A DNA stretch of 41,329 nt from Chrysochromulina tobinii (lineage: Eukaryota). The first letter of the stretch is position 1. Each line of letters starts with the position of its first letter. The stretch is from NCBI GenBank assembly GCA_001275005.1, contig JWZX01001780.1:1-41329 (forward strand), read 5' to 3'. Shown one piece after another: positions 1 to 11,925 of this stretch. The notes under the pieces were generated by a model. It did not search any database. It saw only the letters and a list, made by a program, of their open reading frames with translations, and was not told the origin of the DNA. The position numbers were made by a program, and so were the translations under genes.

Positions 1-96
1 GGCCTCAGTGCGCGGACAGCGTGCGTCGCCAGGGCGTCGCCAGGGCGACCCTGTGGGATCCACCACGCCCAAAACGCCGCCTCCCCCAGAAGATCC

Positions 97-1877
97 ATGG
101 ATTTGCTACGGCCTTCCGCGAAGCGCAGTCGGTGGCTCTTCCTTCCGGCGGCGATGCTTGTCTGCTGCATGCTTGGCCACGTCACTGCCGAGCTGTCGTC
201 GCCGCAATGGAACGAGGGCTGCCTCTGCGAGCTCAAGCCGACGCCCGCGGCTTCATCCTCGAGCCTCGCAATGCACACGATCTTTGGCCAGCGCTACTTC
301 CGCAAGAATGGGCGCGTCTCGCGGTTCTGCCCGTGCTCTGTCGAGACTGTGCAGCAGCTCAACCAAGAGCTTATCGCGCCGCTCCTCTTCCCGCTGCTGA
401 ACAGCACGTACTTCCGCTACGTCAAGCTCTCGCTCGAGCGGACATGCCCATTCTGGGACGACGGGCACGGCATGTGCGCGCTGCGCGACTGCGCCGTCGA
501 AGCGTGCAGCGCGGACGAGGAGCGGCGGCTGGACCAGTGCGGTGAGGAGCTCGGCGACGACCAGCTCGGGGATGTGCAGCGCACGGACGCCGCGACGCTC
601 GGCGAGCAAGCTCCGTCCTGGGACCTTGCTGCTTCCCGGTGGACAGACCAGCTCGAAGTGGACAACGACGGCGGCGCCGAGTACGTGGATCTCGTGGACA
701 ACCCGGAGCAGTACACGGGGTACAGCGCCGCCGCGGGCGCCTCGCGCATCTGGGACGAGCTCCACACGCACAACTCGTTCGCTGAGCACGGCGCCGACGA
801 TGCGCGCCACGCGGCGCCGATGGCGGTGGAGCAGCGGCTATTCGCGCGGCTGCTCTCGGGTCTGCATGCATCGGTCTCGTCGCACATTGCGATCCACTAC
901 CTGCTCGACCGGCGCAACGGCACCTGGGGGCTCGAGCTCGACGAGTACGCTAGACGGTTAGGTGAGCACTTAATAGACGGTTACGCTAGTCGAGTACCGG
1001 TCGCCGGAGAGGCTGCATCCCTCGATGATGCTCGATTGCCTTTGATTGCCGCTGATGATGAGTGATCATGCTTGGTTAGGTAACCACCCGGAGAGGCTGC
1101 ACCATCTGCACCTGACGTACCTGACGGTCCTGCGGGCGCTCGAGCTGGCGGCGTCGCACCTGAGCGAGCGCTTTGCGTTCTCGACAGGCATGCCCCGAGA
1201 GGACGCGCGAGTCGCGCGCGAGGTGCGCGCCCTCCTCGCCTCCCGCCCCGAGTGGCCTCTCACGTTTGAGGAGCAACGCGCCTTCGTGGGCGTACGATGC
1301 GCCTCGACGCTGGTCGCCTCGGCCGAGCAGATGTCCAAATTAGGCAGCTCGGACGACACAAATACTGGATGCCATCACGGCGCCGAGGAGGAGCTGCTCG
1401 CTGCGCGCACGCAACTGCTCGGCGAGTACCGCTCGCGACTGCAGAACATCTCGAAGCTCATGGACTGTGTGGGGTGCGGCCGCTGCCGGCTGTGGGGAAA
1501 GCTGCAGGTGCACGGTCTCGCGACGGCGCTCTCGCCCAGCATACCAGTGCTCACCACGGCGCGTGCTCCCTGCTCCACAGGTGCACGGTCTCGCGACGGC
1601 GCTCCGTATCCTATACGCTCCCCACCGTCAGCTTGTGCTTCACTCGCTGCAGAGGCCCGACGTCGTCGCGCTGTTCAACCTCCTCGGCCGTCTTGCCCAC
1701 TCGGTCGAGGTGGCGCGCGTCGTCGTGCCGCTGCTCGGCGGGTCTCCGCATTCGAAGTGCTCGCCGCGCGGGTGCAAGGCGTCCGAGTGGATCTCGGGCG
1801 ATGGCGACGATGAGACCAGCACGGTCCACCCCGATGGGCTTTTTGGCGCCGCCATGGGCGCCTCTCTCTTTAGTTGA
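97..1877 (+). CDS. ERO1: ER oxidoreductin 1 (ERO1); exons 97-961, 1080-1507, 1581-1877
   Basis: Signal-peptide-like N-terminus; CPFW...CALRDC shuttle cysteines; YVDLVDNPEQYTGY; LLSGLHASVSSHI; C-terminal MDCVGCGRCRLWGKLQ (CxxCxxC). GT-AG introns restore RLGNHPERL and KLQVHGLATALRILY. Confidence 0.93.
962..1079 (+). other. Intron (118 nt), ERO1 intron 1; motif-A-like 3' half plus patchwork copies of flanking exon
   Basis: GTGAGC...TTAG; GGTTAGGT at both junctions (956-963, 1074-1081); GATTGCC/CTGATGA repeats. Confidence 0.85.
1508..1580 (+). mobile_element. Introner-like intron (73 nt), motif B, 27-nt perfect flanking duplication
   Basis: CAGGTGCACGGTCTCGCGACGGCGCTC at 1505-1531 and 1578-1604; internal AGTGCTCACCACGGCGC; ends CCACAG. 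Confidence 0.85.
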
Positions 1878-1950
1878 GGGGTGGCGCCGTCATGGGCGCC
1901 TCTCTCTTTAGTTGAGGGGTGGCTCCGTCATGGGCGCTTTAGTTGAGGGG
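1844..1950 (+). repeat. 38-bp tandem repeat (~2.7 copies) overlapping the ERO1 stop codon
   Basis: TGGCGCCGYCATGGGCGCCTCTCTCTTTAGTTGAGGGG starting at 1844, 1882 and 1920 (third copy internally deleted). Confidence 0.9.
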
Positions 1951-2531
1951 CAGTTGCTGAGAGATGCGAGTGGCTCATCATTCCACAGAACCTCGGGGCT
2001 CGAGCATAACGAACCATTGGTACCGTAGTATGGCGCAGAGTTCAGAGCCCGTGAGCCCCACACAGCCGCGGGGACATCTTCCCCATAGAGATACCGTAGT
2101 AGAGACGGAGATAACGAGTCGTGGGCCAACGTCATTCATCCCACATAATCCTTGGACAGCGGCCGCAGAACACACCCTACGTTGAATTGGCCAACGCGGT
2201 TCTCGAGTTCGATGCCGCGTCAACCGCACTGACTGGACGGACTTAGGACGGACTGCTCCATGGACTGCCCTCACGCCTCACGTCGCTTTAAGTCAACAGG
2301 CTGCCCACTCGTCTCGCTTCTTGCAAGACGGCGCGCAAAATAGTATCTGCATGCGAACCGCAGTTGTGTTGGGTGTTGAATCAGAAACATTGACTGTGAA
2401 GTGTGAATGCATGCACACTTGTCTTTGGATTAGGATTGTGTGCGATACAAAATTGAGAGCTACATCTGAACAGGTCTCCCATCCGCCCCGGCTGAACCCT
2501 GTGTTTCCAGAGAGCAGAGCCCACAAGCAAT

Positions 2532-5348
<2,817 letters not shown>

Positions 5349-5566
5349 GCTCAAGGAGCACGTGGAGCAGGCATCGAGCATACGAACCATTTGTAAACGA
5401 GGAGCAAAAATTGCTGCTGCAAATAAGGGTGGCGCGCGCCCTATTCAGAGAGGCGGTCGGAGCGGTGCGTGTGCTGCTCCCCCCCCTCAAGCTCGGGGCG
5501 GTTCTATGAATAAGTCATCGTAGGAATGATGAATAAGCCATCCTACCAGTACTGTTTCCCCTCTGC

Positions 5567-5908
5567 AATCACTCAGTTTGTAATCAGGGTATGTGAGGAA
5601 GGGGTGCAAATCCATATCCCTCCCCTACCCCCTCGTGGGTAAATCACTCAGTTTGTAATCAGGGTATGTGAGGAAGGGGTGCAAATCCAGATATTAATCC
5701 CTCCCCTTACCCCTACCCCCTCGTGGGTAAATCACTCAGTTTGTAATCAGGGTATGAGGAAGGGGTGCAAATCCAGATATTAATCCCTCCCCTACCCCCT
5801 CGTGGGTAAATCACTCAGTTTGTAATCAGGGTATGAGGAAGGGGTGCAAATCCAGATATTAATCGATATTATTAATCCCTCCCCTTACCGCCTACCCCCT
5901 TGGGTAAA
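5567..5908. repeat. Minisatellite, 4 copies of a ~75-100 bp unit
   Basis: AATCACTCAGTTTGTAATCAGGGTATG...GGAAGGGGTGCAAATCC...CCCCTCGTGGGTA starting at 5567, 5642, 5730, 5809. Confidence 0.93.
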
Positions 5909-6333
5909 ACAGTCTCCGACGCGTGGGTCGCGGGCTTGCTTTTGCCCGCGTGAGAGAGCGTGGCCTGCGGTGTTGACCGACCCGCAAGCAATGTTACCGG
6001 TAGCTGATTGACAGACCAATCTGTCTCGAACGAAACGCTATTCACGCGAGCTCTTTCTATTTCCTCCCCTGTACCCATTCTCGATTCTGCAGAGCTTGGC
6101 GGTGGGATGCGCGACCCGTGGCCAATAACGGATGAAATACGCATGTTCTCATGAACCTCATCGGTCCATAGCTTGTGGCGAGATGCCTCCGAGAGGAGCC
6201 GTAAGTGCCGGTTTGATGATCATTGTGCCGTGAGGCTTGGGATCTGCTGAATTCATGTAAATCTCGCCTTGCCTCGCTGTTGAAGGCTGTTGTTCGGAGA
6301 GCTACCCTTGCTTTGCTTTTCAGGTAGGGATTC

Positions 6334-7422
6334 CTACTCAACGCAAGTCTCTCCGTCCTCTGCACGGTGCCATGGATGCTCACGATTCACGAGCCCGGCC
6401 GCGTGCGACCGACACACGGCGAAGCCCTTTGATGTGATGGGCAGCGCAGCAATGAACACCCCGTGGTCTAGAGCCCACTCGACGAGCATACGCTCGTTTC
6501 GCATGCAGCCCATGGCAACGTGGTCTTGCACGTACCTCCTAGAGAGGCAGCGCTGCCAGTTGCACGGCGCCTCGTCCATGCGCGCCAGGATAGCGGCTGC
6601 AGGTCGCGTGGCCACCCAGAACCAATCAAGTTGTCCATAGCAGCGTCCGGCGTACCACGGTTGCACGAAGGCCATGTTCGTCACAGCACGCCCCTGGGGA
6701 TGTAGCGCCCTGAAAGCCAGGAGCGTCGCCTCAGACGAGCCCCCAAAGATGGGCGACGCCACCGGCTGGTAGTCGTCGCGGAGCTTGATGACAAAGTCGT
6801 ACGGTCGTCCGACGAATGTGTTTTCGTGGCGCACCAGCTGTTCGAAGGCTCTTGCCCATTTGTGCACTTGCTCCCACCACGAGGGGTACGAGGCTGAGCA
6901 TGAGCAGTTCCGCGCCAGGCAAAAGCAGCGCGTCTCGTTAGCGATGGTAAAGGATGTGGGTCTGAGCATCTGAAGCATAGGCTCCAACTGTCTTTCTAAC
7001 ACCGGAAGAGAGCTCGCCTTAGGACAATTGCCGTCCCAAACGAGTTGTGCCCTTGTGATTCTCAGATCCAGGTGAAGAAAGAGGTCGCTCCGTGCTCCAC
7101 TGGAAGTCAGCTCCGCCAGGTATTTGCTGATAGCCATGTAAGTACGAGCATCTGTAATTGGAAAGCGGTGCTTGAAGTCCCCGTGGGATGCGCTGCCTGT
7201 GACCATCACCCCAACGAGCCACGTCGAAGATGTCTCCGTTATGGCCACCGAGCGTGCCGAAGTTGCCCGTTCGATCAACTTTGTGGGAGAGCAGGTGGCA
7301 TTACCGAGGAGAGCGATGCCCATGCGCCATGGCGAGTCCGTCCATGGGGAATTTAGGGAGGTCCTCTCTCTCGGTCCGGCAGCGAGGCCTGCAGTAACGT
7401 CCATGCATGCAAAGATTGACAT
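6334..7422 (-). CDS. Hypothetical protein, possibly glycosyltransferase-like
   Basis: 362-aa intronless ORF; YDFVIKLRDD, DWFWV and NERMLVEW resemble the YDxVxRxRxD motif of GT-like algal proteins. Start uncertain. Confidence 0.55.
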   Translation of the reverse strand: MSIFACMDVTAGLAAGPRERTSLNSPWTDSPWRMGIALLGNATCSPTKLIERATSARSVAITETSSTWLVGVMVTGSASHGDFKHRFPITDARTYMAISKYLAELTSSGARSDLFLHLDLRITRAQLVWDGNCPKASSLPVLERQLEPMLQMLRPTSFTIANETRCFCLARNCSCSASYPSWWEQVHKWARAFEQLVRHENTFVGRPYDFVIKLRDDYQPVASPIFGGSSEATLLAFRALHPQGRAVTNMAFVQPWYAGRCYGQLDWFWVATRPAAAILARMDEAPCNWQRCLSRRYVQDHVAMGCMRNERMLVEWALDHGVFIAALPITSKGFAVCRSHAAGLVNREHPWHRAEDGETCVE

Positions 7423-7591
7423 GCCGATGCAACCCCAAAATCGCGCTTTTCGATTCCTTCACTTTCCACAGGCCGACTCGCCGAAACATTGGGCTTTCTT
7501 GTTAACAGTGATTCGTTCGTGTGAATAAAACAGCCCCCACGAAACCCGAATCTTCATGCAGTTTCTCCACTTGGGCTTGGGCGGTTGGTCA

Positions 7592-8240
7592 ATGACGTCC
7601 AAAAATGCAAGATCGGGCGGTGGATCCGCAGCCAAAGGGGGAGCAAGGGGCGGCAAGGCGTCCGGTATTGGCAAGGCGGCTGGGTCTGCAGAGCGCGGAG
7701 GCGGAAGCTGGAATGCTCATGGGTCTGCCGCAATGAAGGCAAAGGGAGCCAAGACGCTGTGCCTCTACGTGCTGCTGCCACTTATGCTTTTAGCTTTTGG
7801 CATCGCTGTCATCACCGCCTACACGATGCCCCCGTTGCCAATGATGAAGAAGCGCCCGAAAATCCCAACCTATTGAAAGGTCGGCTTGTCGTCATCTCGG
7901 CAGAGTCGGGCACAGCCGGGCGCCACTCTTCACACGATGTTCTCCGCTGCGTCGGCAGTGTTGCTCCGCCGCGCCACAATCTTGCGTCGAAAGCGCGGCA
8001 CGCTACGAGCCGGCAGCCTCATCGTGTGTGCCAGACACCACTGGCGGCATCGTCATCGGCATGAGATGTGGCCACGGGAGCGTTGGGCAGGGCATGCAGA
8101 GCGCCGACTGCCGCCGATGGTGCCTCCAATTGATGCTGACGGAGCGCAAGCGCGGCTTTTCGGCCATGTATCCCGACGCCAAGGCCGCACTCGGCGGCGA
8201 CGCGACGAAGATGGTCGATCTGTGCCTCACGATGGGCTGA
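7592..8240 (+). CDS. Small single-pass membrane protein; probable intron 7880-8034 and apparent 1-nt frameshift at C-run 7829-7833
   Basis: Gly/Lys-rich N-terminus and TM helix LCLYVLLPLMLLAFGIAVITAY. One extra C gives MPPVANDEEAPENPNLLK, which splices (AAAG|GT..CCAG|AC) into DTTGGIVIGMRCGHG...LCLTMG. Confidence 0.5.
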
Positions 8241-8634
8241 GGGCTGTTCGGCCACGCCTTGTGCGATGTGCGTTAGTGAGGTGGCGCTGCCACACGACAA
8301 GGCGAAGCCGCTACCCTTATCCCTTTAGAGAACGGCGCTGTAGAAAGGCGAGATGACCGACGCGAAGGGACGTTGCGCGCTCGGCTATGCTCGGGGCCGA
8401 CGTGGTAGCCCGGCGTGCGCGGGTTGCGGTATCTCGCCGCCGCCGCGGGCGCCGCCCTAATGCTAATCCGACCGTACAACCTAGGCGGCGACCGGCGTCG
8501 TTTAATTACGACGTTATCCGATCGAGGTCGGCGTAAATGTCGGTCGGCGTAAACAACGTCTCTAAGAAAAAGTATGCACCGCTCGCGTCGATAAGTCTTT
8601 CAGGATTTGTCCACGCGTGGGGCCTCGGATCTCG

Positions 8635-11600
8635 TCATCCGCGGGGACTGCCGCTCGGCGGCCTCGGGATCGCATAATGACCATCACCGGTAGCCGCCGC
8701 CCGCACCAGCGACGCCGGCGGCCCACCGGCCACGCCGCTAGGCGGCGTCCAAACGCGCTCCATCTTATGTGGAATGAGCCCAGTGGCTACTTGGCCAGAG
8801 GGGCGCGCGGGCATGAGTGAGCCCGTGGAGCGCCGTCCCGGCGTGGGGGGACGACCGAGCGCGAGCGGCGTGTTGAGCGCATTCTCGAGCGGGGTACGCG
8901 GGCGTGCCGAGGAGGCGGGCGGCGCGAGCGGCGAGGTCGCGAGCGCGGACCTCGGCGCGAGGGGCGTCGTGGTGAGGGCGGCGATCTTGGAGTTTGGCAG
9001 AGGCGCAGGGTCTGCAAGCGTGTAGATCAGGCTGTTGAGCGCCGAGGGCGTCAGCGCGGCCGACCTTGCCGTCGAGCCCACGACGGCGCCACCTGCACCA
9101 CTTGCTGGCGACGTAAGAGGCAGCGGCAGCCTTCCCGAGGCATGGAGCTTCGACATGGGGTCGGTGAGCGTTGTGACCGTCGCGGCGCGAGGCGGTACGC
9201 GCGGCACGGAGGCGGAGGGGCGCAGCCCTCGTCGAGGTGTATCGCTTTCGGCCGCTCGCATGTGCCGCTCGAGCATCCCTGCATCGGGCAGCGAGGGCCT
9301 CGCGCTCCGCTCGCGCCTCCGCCGCCTCGCGCAGGCTCTTGTGGGACAACTCAATCGCAGCCTGCGTCGCGGCAGCCGCCTCGGCGGCCGCGGTCTTGGC
9401 GCGGAGACGCAGCTCGTCAGGGTCGATCCCGGCATGCCCACGCGCCGTCTCGAGCGCCTCGTCGGCGTTCTTGGCGCGCGCCTGCTCGAGATAGAGCTGC
9501 TCGCGAAGCTTGGCCTCGGTCTCTGCGGCCTGCGCGATCTCCCACCGAGCTCGCTGCAGCTCGGCACGGAGCTTGTCGGCCACGTCCTTGGACTGCTGTG
9601 CTTCGGCCACCTCTCGCTGCACGTACGCGTCGAGCTCGTTCATCTTGAGGTACGCTTCGCGCGCCGTCATCACGAGACTCCCCTCTTGCTTGCGCAGCGC
9701 AGCGACCGACTCGCTCGCCTGCGAGAGCGCCGTGCTGAGCAGTTGCGTCTTCTCCATCTCGTCGTCGAGCTTGTTCGAGATCGCATCGCGCTCCTCGAGC
9801 GCCTTGTCGACGGCCTTGCGGCTCGCCTGCTCGGTCGCGACGCCCAAGACGACGCGTCAGCTCGCCATCAGTTTCCATCAGGGCCACTCATAGGCAATCA
9901 GAGGTCATCAGCTCACCTGCTCGGTAGCGACGCTCTCGCAGCGCACGTCCTCGGCATCGGCCTCCGCGTCACGCAGAGCCTTTCTCCGCAGGCCGAGCGT
10001 AACCGTCAGGCGCGAACACTGCCAGCGCAGCCGCGCGCGTGGTACCGAGCGTTGCAAGCGGGCCGCCATATCCTCCGCCGAGTCTTGCAGCAGCGCGAGC
10101 GCGCGTACGGTGTCTGCATGCACGGCACGCGTCTCATCGAGCGCGGCGCTCTTCTCTGCCATGAGCCGCTGCAGCCTCAAGACTTCCTGCATCACATCCG
10201 TCAGCGTGGGCGCGCGCTCGGTGGTGAGCACTTGCATGCAAGGCAGGCCATCAGCATGCAATCAACGTACCTGCATCACATCCGTCAGCGTGAGCGCGCG
10301 CTCGAGCTCGTCGGCCCTCGCCTGAAGCGCCTTCAGCTCGGCTTGCAGTTTGGCCGTCGCCTTCTCGAGCTTCGCCTTCTCGAGCTTCATGAAGACATTC
10401 TCACTGGTGAGAGCGGTGTTCTTCACGAGAAGGTCCGCCTTCTCCTTGAGCGCCCGCTTGAGCAGCATGTCCAGATTCGTCTTCTTGTGCAGCTGGTCCT
10501 CGAGATCCAGCTGCACCTGCATCGCCTTCTCCTTCTCGCGCCGCACTCGCTCCCTGTAGATGATCTCGACGTGCTTCGCAGAGTATTCCGAGTCGGTTTC
10601 ACGCAGCATCGAACCCGCGGCCTCGTCGATGGCTTTGTTGTCCGCCGACGTGGCCGCGATCCCGAGCAGCTTGTACAGCCTCATCGCGAGCAGCCCTTGG
10701 CTGCTGCTGCTGCTCCCGCCACCGCCACCGCTATCCTTGTCCTTGCTGCCGCTGCTGCCGCTGCTGTCCTTGCCACCCTTGCCGCCACCCTTGCCGCCGC
10801 CCTTGAATGAGCCGCCCTTGAATGAGCCGTCCTTGGCGCCGCTAGGCTCATTCAGCTCGCTCAAGTCGAGGTTGAGCATGCCGATGACGCCCCCCGAAGG
10901 ACCACCCACGACGTTGGCGGGCAGCGGGTGCCCCGAGAGCACCTCGTACTCACCCACAAAGTCTCCTGGCTGCGCGGTCTTCTTGTGTGCAAAGCCCTGC
11001 TCGACCGAGCCGTGAAGCACGATGCCAAAGTGCCCAAGCGTATGCTCACGCAGCATGATGGTCTGCCCGGCATGGAACTGGAGGATACGCATCCCGTCGA
11101 AGAGCATGCTCACCTCTTCCGCCGACAGCCCACGCTTCTCGAGCGCTGCCCGCGCCTTGTCGAAACGCGACTGCTTAGCGTCGGTGGCGCCGGCCCCGGC
11201 GCCGGCGCCTCCTCGGAAGCTCCCGACTGCCATGGCGAGGCGCAGCACCGCCTCAGAGGTTCGCGGGATGATCTCCTGGATCTGCTCCATCTTGCGCACG
11301 GCGGCGCGTCCCATGGCGCGCACCAGCGTCGTCGCGGTCGTCGCCGACTTTTCGAACAGTCGAGGCATGCTCCCAAACTGCACAGCCGCAACGGTGCCGG
11401 CTGAGATGCCGATCATCGAGGCGCCGCGCTTGCCGCCGCGGAAGAAGGCCATTTCGCCGACTATTCGTCCAGGCGTCAGCGTGGCGAGCACGTGCGACCC
11501 GTGCCGCACCTCGAGCTGGCCGCCGAGCAGCAACCCAAACCACGAGGCGTCCTCGCCTTGCGTGACAATCTCCTGGCCCTCGGAGAAGTCGATAAAGTCC

Positions 11601-11713
11601 AGAAAGGGCAGCAGCTCGTCGAGCTGCGACTCCGTGAACCCACGGAAGTCCTGCGACACGCACTGGATGGCCGAGAGCGCCGCACGGTGCTCTTCGTGCA
11701 TTTCTCCTGGCAT
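8635..11713 (-). CDS. Tandem cyclic-nucleotide-binding domain + long coiled-coil protein; introns 10187-10270 and 9827-9916; apparent frameshift near 9277-9279
   Basis: FSEGQEIVTQGEDASWFGLLLGGQLEV...PGRIVGEMAFF...RGAS (cNMP domain); second degenerate copy (PGDFVGE); heptad-rich middle; Pro/Ser-rich tail. Confidence 0.78.
9827..9916 (-). mobile_element. Introner-like intron (90 nt), motif A, 23-nt flanking duplication at the 3' end
   Basis: GTGAGCTGATGACCTCTGATTGCC...; 9821-9843 vs 9911-9933 21/23 identical; splicing gives VATEQ|ASRK. Confidence 0.85.
10187..10270 (-). mobile_element. Introner-like intron (84 nt), motifs A+B, 35-nt flanking duplication at the 3' end
   Basis: GTACGTTGATTGCATGCTGATGGCCTGCCTTGCATGCAAGTGCTCACCAC followed by a copy of the upstream exon (10186-10220 vs 10270-10304, 1 mismatch). 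Confidence 0.88.
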
Positions 11714-11925
11714 TGTGCGGCCGACTGAAACGAAGTATTTTTGTGCAATATTTCTGACGACTCTTTGGTTTTTACGGCGGTTGATGTGATCGCTGTCACC
11801 TTACGACGGTACTGTTACATGAAGTCCTGAGGTCTTCAGCTCGCGTGATCTCCGTTTCCAAAAGAATCCGGCGTCAATCCGGCAATGAATCCGGCAAAGA
11901 ACCTTTTCGCGTGAGAGGGTTGCCT

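Noticed and set aside
1505..1604. Flanking duplications as assembly artefacts
   Set aside because: They coincide exactly with GT-AG boundaries that restore conserved motifs, several have diverged, and they enclose shared inserts. Read-level confirmation is still advisable.
5567..5908. CRISPR-like array
   Set aside because: Units repeat over their whole length with no unique spacers; eukaryotic context; no cas genes.
9035..10810. 591-aa + strand ORF and many other long overlapping ORFs (e.g. 15719-16912, 18998-20518, 31226-32470, 35178-36797)
   Set aside because: Antisense or alternative-frame shadows of real genes in high-GC DNA, with no domain signal.
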